Part shown: one piece after another, positions 56,874 to 64,000 of the stretch
How the letters are laid out: every line of letters starts with the position of its first letter
How positions within the stretch are numbered: position 1 is the stretch's first letter
From: a virus
Strand: one strand, 5' to 3'
Virus record (IMG/VR): IMGVR_UViG_3300034356_001231
Coordinates: 1-64,000 of that record
Length of the DNA: 64,000 nucleotides
Position numbers and translations under genes: made by a program
The notes under the pieces: model-generated
Databases searched by the model: none
Told to the model about the DNA's origin: nothing
Seen by the model: only the letters and a program-made list of their open reading frames with translations

Positions 56874-57250
56874 TTATCTCCGTATAGAACACTTTTAATA
56901 TCTGGAGCAGTCCAGCCTTCGGGTTTCAAAATCTTACCATCATCACGACGAACTACTTTACCGTCTACTAGTTTTTCCATGTTAGATCTATGGACTTCGT
57001 TGAAGACTCTGTCCAATGGAATCCCATAAGATGCAGCAGTGCCACAAACAATGTAAATAATATCAGCAAGCTCTTTGGCGACATTCTCTAGATCATCCTT
57101 ATCTTCACCATCAAAATATTCTTCTACTTCTTCTTTTAAAAGTTTACGACGCAATACACGTTCATTCTCATCAGGAAATTCAGGCACTTCGCTGACATTC
57201 TGACCGACTGCTGTTTGAAACTTTTTTACTTCTTGAAACATATTAGACAT
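56870..57250 (-). CDS. MazG-like NTP pyrophosphohydrolase
   Basis: EEVEE..KELAD, EVHRSNM.K, DGKILKP. Confidence 0.85.
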   Translation of the reverse strand: MSNMFQEVKKFQTAVGQNVSEVPEFPDENERVLRRKLLKEEVEEYFDGEDKDDLENVAKELADIIYIVCGTAASYGIPLDRVFNEVHRSNMEKLVDGKVVRRDDGKILKPEGWTAPDIKSVLYGDK

Positions 57251-57806
57251 AGATCCACTCCGGAGGGTTACGTTTTTTCCATTTATGAAGATGTGTTTTA
57301 CCCATCTTATAATAGTTACGATAATTTATTATTGGGTCAGAGTCAATAATATATTCTGGCGCCATACACGAAGGCATGGTAGTCATATCATACTCTTGTA
57401 AATTTTTAGGTGGAGAAGCCAACGTCGCTGATATTTCTCCATAACACTTATGCGTCTTTTCATAACGATAGGTATACTCTTGCATCAACGCAAAGAAATG
57501 ATCTACCAACCAATTGTAATTCTCGACGCTACTGCGAGCCCATACAGCAGATGGGTGATTGATGTGCGTAGCTGAATATATAATTTGTTCGCGCGAGTCA
57601 TTTAGTAACCACCATTTTTTCTTGCGTGTTTTAATTTTACCATCTTCCTGCTCAACCTGCACCTCGAGTTGAATTTCTCGACCGTCTAGTAAACGATGTG
57701 CTGTAGAAAGCAACTGAGCGGATTCGAGGATCATCTTAACAACATGACGATCTACCATCCACTCGGCTGCTTCCACGGGGTTATCAGAAATATAGAAAAT
57801 ATTCAT
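57243..57806 (-). CDS. Pyrimidine-dimer DNA glycosylase-like protein
   Basis: MNIF, D.HVVKMILESAQLLST, H.NHP, EY..RY.K.H. Confidence 0.8.
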   Translation of the reverse strand: MNIFYISDNPVEAAEWMVDRHVVKMILESAQLLSTAHRLLDGREIQLEVQVEQEDGKIKTRKKKWWLLNDSREQIIYSATHINHPSAVWARSSVENYNWLVDHFFALMQEYTYRYEKTHKCYGEISATLASPPKNLQEYDMTTMPSCMAPEYIIDSDPIINYRNYYKMGKTHLHKWKKRNPPEWIYV

Positions 57807-57912
57807 TTTTTTCTCATATACCAATAAACAAATATTGCGAACACAATTAGTATAAACCATTGTTCATAATATTCAAGCATTAAATTCAGTTTATAGAAAT
57901 TAAAAAAATGAT

Positions 57913-58380
57913 TCATTGTTTCCACTTTCTCATTGCTTGGTCTCGATGAAACTTGTTAGCTCTATCATAAAAACGAATGCCTTGCAAGTGATCATATTCG
58001 TGTTGAAATACTCTAGCAGACATACCTATAAACTGTTTTGTCAAACTATCTCCATTAGGAGTATTGAATCGAACACGAACTACTGTTGGTCTTTTAATTT
58101 TAACTACTAATCCAGGATAAGATAAACACCCTTCCTCGAGAACTACGTCGTCTTTAGATTGACTAACTATCTTAGGATTATAACAAACAAAATTTTCCGG
58201 AGCTCCACGCATAGCGAAAATACGATAAGGCACTCCTACTTGGTTTGCTGCCACTCCAAGACCATTGTTCTCATACATAAATTTGATGAGACTCTGCGCG
58301 AAATCAATCGGATCGAAGGGAGGATCTTTAAAATCGAATTCTTCACATTGTTCTAAAAGATATCTATCATCTAGTTTCAT
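57913..58380 (-). CDS. def: Peptide deformylase
   Basis: GVAANQVG, EGCLS, QHEYDHL.G. Confidence 0.92.
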   Translation of the reverse strand: MKLDDRYLLEQCEEFDFKDPPFDPIDFAQSLIKFMYENNGLGVAANQVGVPYRIFAMRGAPENFVCYNPKIVSQSKDDVVLEEGCLSYPGLVVKIKRPTVVRVRFNTPNGDSLTKQFIGMSARVFQHEYDHLQGIRFYDRANKFHRDQAMRKWKQ

Positions 58381-58411
58381 ATTATAACCTCGATTTTCAT
58401 TTTAGTCAATA

Positions 58412-60112
58412 TTATTGTATCTGAGAGAAATTTTTATTTTTCACGAATTTCAATACGTTATTGAACTTCTCGTTCAAATGTTCTTTGTGCGATATAATGA
58501 TAATATTACTATCTTTGGATATCTCACGAATAATATTCATAAGATAATCTGTTGCATTTTGGTCCAAAGAAGAATCGAACACTTCGTCCATTATTAAAAG
58601 ATTTGTGCTTATTGAGTTACGAAGTTTGGCAATTGCTCTCCATGTAAACAATAAAGCCAAATCAATTTTCTGTTTCTCTCCTTCAGAGAAAGATGCGTAT
58701 GAAAAATCATCTCTATATCTAGACTTGATTGTTTCGTTAAAATTTTCATCGAGTTCAAACGAAACAAAAAAATCCATAGAAGAAAGGTATTTATTAATCA
58801 ATTTGTTAATGACAGGAATATACTGCCTAATAATTTTAGATTTAATTCCTGTATCTTTTAATAAAACTGTTGCTGCGCTCAAAACTTCTTTTTCTTCGCT
58901 TAATTCATTATATCTAGTTTCTAACGCATTCAATTCTTTTTCGTAGTCTACTATTTTAACATCAACCACTTCATTTTTATCTTTTAGATTTTCTATCTCT
59001 TGATTCAATTGTTCGATATATTTGTTTAAAGAATTTATTGTTGTTTTGTATTCAACTCTTTCCATTTCAAATTTCTGAATATCATTGTTCATATTCATAA
59101 TTTGTTTTAGGCGGTTATTAGCAGTTTCATACTCTAAAGATAATAACTTCAACCCTTCTTCAGTATCTTTGATCTGAGAAGTTTTTTCCTCTATAGTTTT
59201 GTCTCTAAAATTTTTATCAATATTTTGTTTACATGTGGGGCAATTTTCGTGATTACTAAAGAAAACAACATCTTGATTTAGAATGGCTACTTTTGCTTCT
59301 ATCTGATGACGAAGTTTAGAGAGTTTTTCTAGTTTTCTAGAAACGCTATCATTGTCGCCAATATCTTTCTTACAAATTTCTATTTGTTTTGTTATTCTAT
59401 CAATTTTATTAGTATACTCTTGGATTTTTTTATTGGTGTCTTTTATGTTTTTTTCTTTTTCCTCTACCAATTTATTATTATTAATCTGAAGTTCTTGCAA
59501 ATGACTTTTAGTCAATTCAATTTTAGAGTTGACTAGTTTTTTAGAAGTATTAACTTCGTAGATATTTTCACTGTTTATAAGAACTTTATCTTTTAATATA
59601 GAATTCATAACAGTAAAGATTTGAAGGTCTAATAGATCCTCAATAATTTCTCTACGCTGACCAGAAGACAACTGCATAAAAGGCTGAAAGGTAGCTGAAC
59701 CTAGAACAACTACCTGCGAAAAAGATTTATGATTTACTTTGATAATTTGTTTTTCTAAAAGTTCCTGGTAATCTTTCATCTCAGCGTTTTGATTTAAAAG
59801 ATTACCGTTCTGATATACTTCAAAAACAGTTGGCTTTATACCACGAACAATCTTATACTCTTTAGAACCTATAGAAAATTCTATTTCTACCAAGCAGTTC
59901 TTTTGTGTGATTGAATTTACAAGTTGTGGTTTGTTTATCTTTCGGAACGGTTTACCAAAAAGACCAAAACTCAACGCATCTAGAATCGTAGACTTCCCAG
60001 CCCCATTCTGTCCAACAATGAGTGTAGTCTCTTTGCTTGCTAAATTGATTTCTGTAAAAACGTTTCCAGTCGAAAGGAAGTTCTTCCATTTTAATTTCTT
60101 AAAGTGAATCAT
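58412..60112 (-). CDS. 46: Recombination endonuclease ATPase subunit, gp46 (SbcC/Rad50-like)
   Basis: GQNGAGKST, CPTC hook, FSEGEK, DEVFD. Confidence 0.95.
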   Translation of the reverse strand: MIHFKKLKWKNFLSTGNVFTEINLASKETTLIVGQNGAGKSTILDALSFGLFGKPFRKINKPQLVNSITQKNCLVEIEFSIGSKEYKIVRGIKPTVFEVYQNGNLLNQNAEMKDYQELLEKQIIKVNHKSFSQVVVLGSATFQPFMQLSSGQRREIIEDLLDLQIFTVMNSILKDKVLINSENIYEVNTSKKLVNSKIELTKSHLQELQINNNKLVEEKEKNIKDTNKKIQEYTNKIDRITKQIEICKKDIGDNDSVSRKLEKLSKLRHQIEAKVAILNQDVVFFSNHENCPTCKQNIDKNFRDKTIEEKTSQIKDTEEGLKLLSLEYETANNRLKQIMNMNNDIQKFEMERVEYKTTINSLNKYIEQLNQEIENLKDKNEVVDVKIVDYEKELNALETRYNELSEEKEVLSAATVLLKDTGIKSKIIRQYIPVINKLINKYLSSMDFFVSFELDENFNETIKSRYRDDFSYASFSEGEKQKIDLALLFTWRAIAKLRNSISTNLLIMDEVFDSSLDQNATDYLMNIIREISKDSNIIIISHKEHLNEKFNNVLKFVKNKNFSQIQ

Positions 60113-61167
60113 TCAATTGTCAATGCCTCATGATATAACTCTACAATTTTATTTTCTAATTTGTTCTTATCAACGCCTTTTACTTCGGCGCCAGTAATGT
60201 ATTTTTTAAAAATTTCAATTGTAGATTCAGCTTCATCAATAATATCATCGTCATCTTCCAAATCAAGATTAAGATGATCTTCTACGATTTGTATGTCCAC
60301 AGGATTTTGTTTTTCAATATTCTCTATAAATTTTTCAAACCAATAAGGATTATTCTTTTCAGTGATTATAATTTTAATTATCTTATTAGCAAATTGAGTA
60401 TAGTCGATTTCGGAGTCTACAAATTTAGTATCTCCGTCATTATACCAGAACTTATGAAACATCTTATACGGGTTTTCAATAAAAGTTAATTGTCTCGTTT
60501 CTGTGTCAAAGATATGAAACCCTCGAGGATCGTTATAATCAGACCAAGTATACTCTGCAGGAGAACCGAGATAATTAATATTACCACGGTTTGAACGATG
60601 ATGAAAATGCCCAGAACAAACAATATCAAACCGTCCAAAAAGTGACGGATCGTCTCCATGAGAAACGATTGATCCTTTAAACATTTCAAATCCTTCCAGT
60701 TCCAAATGACCGAAAGCAATTTGTGCATCTGTTTCCTTAATTAGTTTGAAGGAATGCTGTTTATTGTCATCACAAATCCAAGGAATTAATAGAATCTTGG
60801 TTTCACCGAACATTACTTCGGTTGCTTTATCATAGATATTTATCTCATACTTACGAAAAAGTTCGTTAAAAGATGACACCTCATTAGTATTTTTATGATA
60901 TGTGTCATGATTGCCGAGTATCTGATGCCATTTTAATCCACGTTCAATAGCTGGTTCAATCAAATCTTTTCTTAAACGATACGCAGTATTGATGTTGATA
61001 TATTTTCGGCGATCCACAATATCGCCGCAATGCACAACAGTTTTAATATTATTTTCGTCGATATATCTATAGAATACATTATCATAGAACCTTTTCATAT
61101 AGTCATGAAAGACTAGAGAGTCATTACGAACACCAGCATGACTATCGGTTAAAAGAGCGATTTTCAT
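60109..61167 (-). CDS. 47: Recombination endonuclease subunit, gp47 (SbcD/Mre11-like)
   Basis: DSH, GD..D, GNHD, GHFH. Confidence 0.95.
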   Translation of the reverse strand: MKIALLTDSHAGVRNDSLVFHDYMKRFYDNVFYRYIDENNIKTVVHCGDIVDRRKYININTAYRLRKDLIEPAIERGLKWHQILGNHDTYHKNTNEVSSFNELFRKYEINIYDKATEVMFGETKILLIPWICDDNKQHSFKLIKETDAQIAFGHLELEGFEMFKGSIVSHGDDPSLFGRFDIVCSGHFHHRSNRGNINYLGSPAEYTWSDYNDPRGFHIFDTETRQLTFIENPYKMFHKFWYNDGDTKFVDSEIDYTQFANKIIKIIITEKNNPYWFEKFIENIEKQNPVDIQIVEDHLNLDLEDDDDIIDEAESTIEIFKKYITGAEVKGVDKNKLENKIVELYHEALTIE

Positions 61168-61324
61168 TTTTAGAACTTGCCTTTACAACAGCAGCCGTAA
61201 CATAATCACGAATAGCATCTAGACGTAGCAATAGATTTGCTCTTTCGTTTTCTCGAATATTTTTGTCGTTTAATCTATTAACAATATCCTGAACGACAAC
61301 AGGTACTAAATGATCATTCTTCAT
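61142..61324 (-). CDS. Small conserved hypothetical protein
   Basis: Between gp55 and gp47; RLDAIRDY. Confidence 0.6.
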   Translation of the reverse strand: MKNDHLVPVVVQDIVNRLNDKNIRENERANLLLRLDAIRDYVTAAVVKASSKNENRSFNR

Positions 61325-61856
61325 TTTCTTCCACCTCTGAAAATTTTTCTACTCCAGTAAGTTTACTCTCTTTTTTAGATTTAGTCAACTTATCTTCAAA
61401 CGAACGCACTATGTCTGACGAATACTCATTAGATTTCAAATGCATAGCATGCCCCGAATTTTCTACAATTTCGCTAAACAAATGAGAGTTCTCGAAATTC
61501 TTATGTTTTATATATGTCTGTTTCTTTTCTTTTTGTATTCTTCGAAGAAAGGCGTTCCATGCAATCTGTGTAAAATAAGCAAATGGATTGTTTGTTTTGT
61601 CTGGATTAAAATTATCAACTGCAGATATACAATCCATGATACCATCAGAAATCATTTCTTGTTTGTATGTATATCCTGAGAAGTTTGGTTTCTTAGCAAG
61701 ATTATTACATATAAGGATAATCGATTCTCCAATATAGTTAGGCACTTGCGGTTTATCTGCATCGTGTTCCAGAGCATGTTGCAAATCATTCTTGTAATGG
61801 ATCATGGCGCCATATAAAGTTTTGTTATTGATATAATTTTTTACCTTAGCCATCAT
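61314..61856 (-). CDS. 55: Late-transcription sigma factor gp55
   Basis: Y.NNK, NF.GY....EMI.DG, NPFAYFTQI..NAFLRRI.KEKKQ. Confidence 0.95.
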   Translation of the reverse strand: MMAKVKNYINNKTLYGAMIHYKNDLQHALEHDADKPQVPNYIGESIILICNNLAKKPNFSGYTYKQEMISDGIMDCISAVDNFNPDKTNNPFAYFTQIAWNAFLRRIQKEKKQTYIKHKNFENSHLFSEIVENSGHAMHLKSNEYSSDIVRSFEDKLTKSKKESKLTGVEKFSEVEENEE

Positions 61857-61865
61857 TCCTCACTT

Positions 61866-62237
61866 TTAAAAAATTACGAATAAAAAGAAACATACTAAAG
61901 ATATTAAAAACCCAAAGACAGTTTCAGATATTGTGTGACTGTTAGTTTCAATAAGCGCATAAGCAAATATAGATAGTATACCTAAACAAGCTATAAAAGT
62001 CAATAACTTATTTGATAAAAAAGAAGCCCATAACAATATAATTGTTGCCATTGCCATATGTCCACTGGGGCTATACGGCTGTAGAATTATTTTTAAAAAA
62101 CCAGTTATTACCACTGAAGAGAGAAAAGACAATACGAATCTAAAATTGTTTGTCAAAATAAAAACAATATACGCTAGATAGAAAGCGATATTAATGTTTC
62201 CTATTTCAAGTATCTTTCTCAAAATTTCTATTGACAT
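61866..62237 (-). CDS. PAP2-like membrane phosphatase (minimal)
   Basis: Multi-TM; PSGH and distal H motifs. Confidence 0.6.
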   Translation of the reverse strand: MSIEILRKILEIGNINIAFYLAYIVFILTNNFRFVLSFLSSVVITGFLKIILQPYSPSGHMAMATIILLWASFLSNKLLTFIACLGILSIFAYALIETNSHTISETVFGFLISLVCFFLFVIF

Positions 62238-62259
62238 TTTTCCTGACACCCAGTATAAT
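62231..62259 (+). promoter_or_regulatory. Perfect sigma70 consensus promoter pointing antisense into uvsW
   Basis: TTGACA-N17-TATAAT. Confidence 0.6.
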
Positions 62260-62279
62260 CATTAATGCGCTGATTGAAA

Positions 62280-63725
62280 TTAAATATCCAATTGAACCTT
62301 ATAGATCTTGTACTCAAACTTCTCTTCGTTATATATCTTTATTCTCTCCATGAAATGGAGTAAGGTATAGTTCTTCTTACTCTTCCAAGACATGTCGTCA
62401 GCTATATCAAAAAGGGTAGCAGAAGTTTTCGTATCAGACTTACGTAGTCCACGGCCAATTGACTGTAGATTCCTAATGCGAGACTTGCTTGGGCTACTAA
62501 AAATAATATTATGGAGATTCTTAATATTGACTCCGGTGCTAAAAGTACCAAAAGAAGCGACAATAATAGCATTGTGATCATTTTCGACAACCTTTCTAAT
62601 TTGTTCTCTATCGTCGCCAGATATATCTCCTGAAACGAAATATACAGGACGATTATTATTTTGTAACATATTAGCTAGATGAATACCATGCTTTTCTACA
62701 AATTGATATAATACTAAAGTATTACCCTTTAACGATAACGCAAGATTCTTAATGAATTTATTTCTTGATTCTAACCTTACAAGGTAATCCATTTCAGCTT
62801 GATAATCGTTTGCTCGAGCAATCATCTGTCTAATTTCATCCGGATATGACAAAACAATAGCTTTAATTTTAAAATCAGCAAGATGTTTTTGATCAATAAG
62901 TTCTTTTGTGGTTGTTACTTTTCTGACTGCTCCGAAGAGTCCCTCAAGGACGAGGCGGTGGGTTTCAGTACCATCCAATGTTCCGGTAAATCCAAAACGA
63001 TAACGGCATCCGGACATCTTAGTAAGTATAGAAGTAAGAGATTTTGCTTTGAAGAGATGAGCTTCGTCTCCGATGACAACATCAAAGTTTGCAAAGAATT
63101 CTTTAGGTAGCTTGTATACGCTTTGCCAAGTTGTGATTGTGATCGGTTTTGTTGATCCCTTATCCTGTCCAGCGAACACACGATGAACAAAAGTATCGGA
63201 GTCAAAACCATAGTCAGCAAAATCACTGGCAAGCTGACTAACAAGAGAAGTAGTTGGTACAATAATAAGAGTGCGTTTCGCATAATACCTCACAAGTAAA
63301 TAAATGATAAATGACTTACCAGAAGCTGTGGGAGAAAGCATTAATGCTCTACGTTCTCTTACAGCATGAACAAAAGCATCCAACTGGTAATCTCTTGGCT
63401 GCATCGTAGGTTTTATTTTTTCAACAAACTCTTTAGCTTCCTTTAAAGAAAAGTTCTCAGAAGCAAAATCTGAAAGATATTCTAGTTCATAGTTTCTAGA
63501 TTTACAAAATTCTTCTACATATTTTGTTAAACCAGCATACAACAAACCAGTCATGGCATTTAACAAGCGTATCTTACCATCCCAAAATTTAGAACGATAA
63601 GCGGGCATGAATTTAGCGCCAGGAACAGTGAACGTAAAGAATTCGCTCATTTCCATCATAATGCTTGGTTCGGCTTTTACTTTAATATAAACTTCGTCGA
63701 ACCTTTCGATTTGCACTATATCCAT
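62280..63725 (-). CDS. uvsW: UvsW DNA/RNA helicase
   Basis: PRDYQ, PTASGKS, DEAH, QSIGRGLR. Confidence 0.95.
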   Translation of the reverse strand: MDIVQIERFDEVYIKVKAEPSIMMEMSEFFTFTVPGAKFMPAYRSKFWDGKIRLLNAMTGLLYAGLTKYVEEFCKSRNYELEYLSDFASENFSLKEAKEFVEKIKPTMQPRDYQLDAFVHAVRERRALMLSPTASGKSFIIYLLVRYYAKRTLIIVPTTSLVSQLASDFADYGFDSDTFVHRVFAGQDKGSTKPITITTWQSVYKLPKEFFANFDVVIGDEAHLFKAKSLTSILTKMSGCRYRFGFTGTLDGTETHRLVLEGLFGAVRKVTTTKELIDQKHLADFKIKAIVLSYPDEIRQMIARANDYQAEMDYLVRLESRNKFIKNLALSLKGNTLVLYQFVEKHGIHLANMLQNNNRPVYFVSGDISGDDREQIRKVVENDHNAIIVASFGTFSTGVNIKNLHNIIFSSPSKSRIRNLQSIGRGLRKSDTKTSATLFDIADDMSWKSKKNYTLLHFMERIKIYNEEKFEYKIYKVQLDI

Positions 63726-64000
63726 TAAGCACCCATTGTAAATTTCTGCCAGTCAATCGCATTTTTTATCACGAAATTTCTATTCATAATAGACTTGATA
63801 ATTGAATCTAGCAGTTCTATTTTTTCTTGTTGATAACCAATCTTAAGAGATAGATTGATAATGTCTTGGTCGGCTTCTAGATACATAGGAATATCGCTTT
63901 TAAGCACCATTCCTTTTGGAGGGAGCTTCCAACCCTTGTCTTTAGTTTCTTCGTTCGGCCCCTGAGTCAAAAACTCATACTTATCTAGTTTGAGTTGTCT
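63725..64000 (-). CDS. uvsY: Recombination mediator UvsY (C-terminal part)
   Basis: LKSD...YL.AD, R.F.IKNAI.W.KF..G; upstream of uvsW. Confidence 0.88.
   Translation of the reverse strand, partial: RQLKLDKYEFLTQGPNEETKDKGWKLPPKGMVLKSDIPMYLEADQDIINLSLKIGYQQEKIELLDSIIKSIMNRNFVIKNAIDWQKFTMGA

Noticed and set aside
842-63283. Many antisense or alternate-frame ORFs of 60-170 aa overlapping recognised genes
   Set aside because: Shadow ORFs lacking RBS and motifs, opposite well-supported genes

Overview
A 64-kb segment of a large T4-like (Tevenvirinae/Kyanoviridae-like) myophage genome, AT-rich, read with the standard code, probably infecting an alphaproteobacterium (inferred from CTTGAC-N17-TATAAT promoters, a tRNA-His without G-1 and BA14K-like exported proteins). 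Plus strand 1-40.4 kb: gp41 helicase end, a late-promoter cluster of probable capsid-internal (injected) proteins and polyproteins, primase, ThyX, class II RNR, a complete heptose-nucleotide/glycosylation cluster, RNase H, PhoH and an exonuclease. Minus strand 40.4-64 kb: a deaminase, an array of about 21 tRNAs with several atypical members, regA/gp62/gp44/gp45, a DNA hypermodification cluster (TET/JBP-like dioxygenase, glutamine amidotransferase, amidoligase, GNAT, amino-acid:DNA transferase, kinase, glycosyltransferase), peptide deformylase, gp46/47, gp55, uvsW and uvsY. The best leads are the hypermodification pathway of unknown product, a covarying RNA leader shared by two unrelated homing endonuclease genes, the packaged enzyme/polyprotein toolkit including an NMNAT-like/ADP-ribosyltransferase fusion, and an A34 tRNA-Thr next to a deaminase. 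All family calls come from motif recognition by eye; no database searches or folding programs were run.
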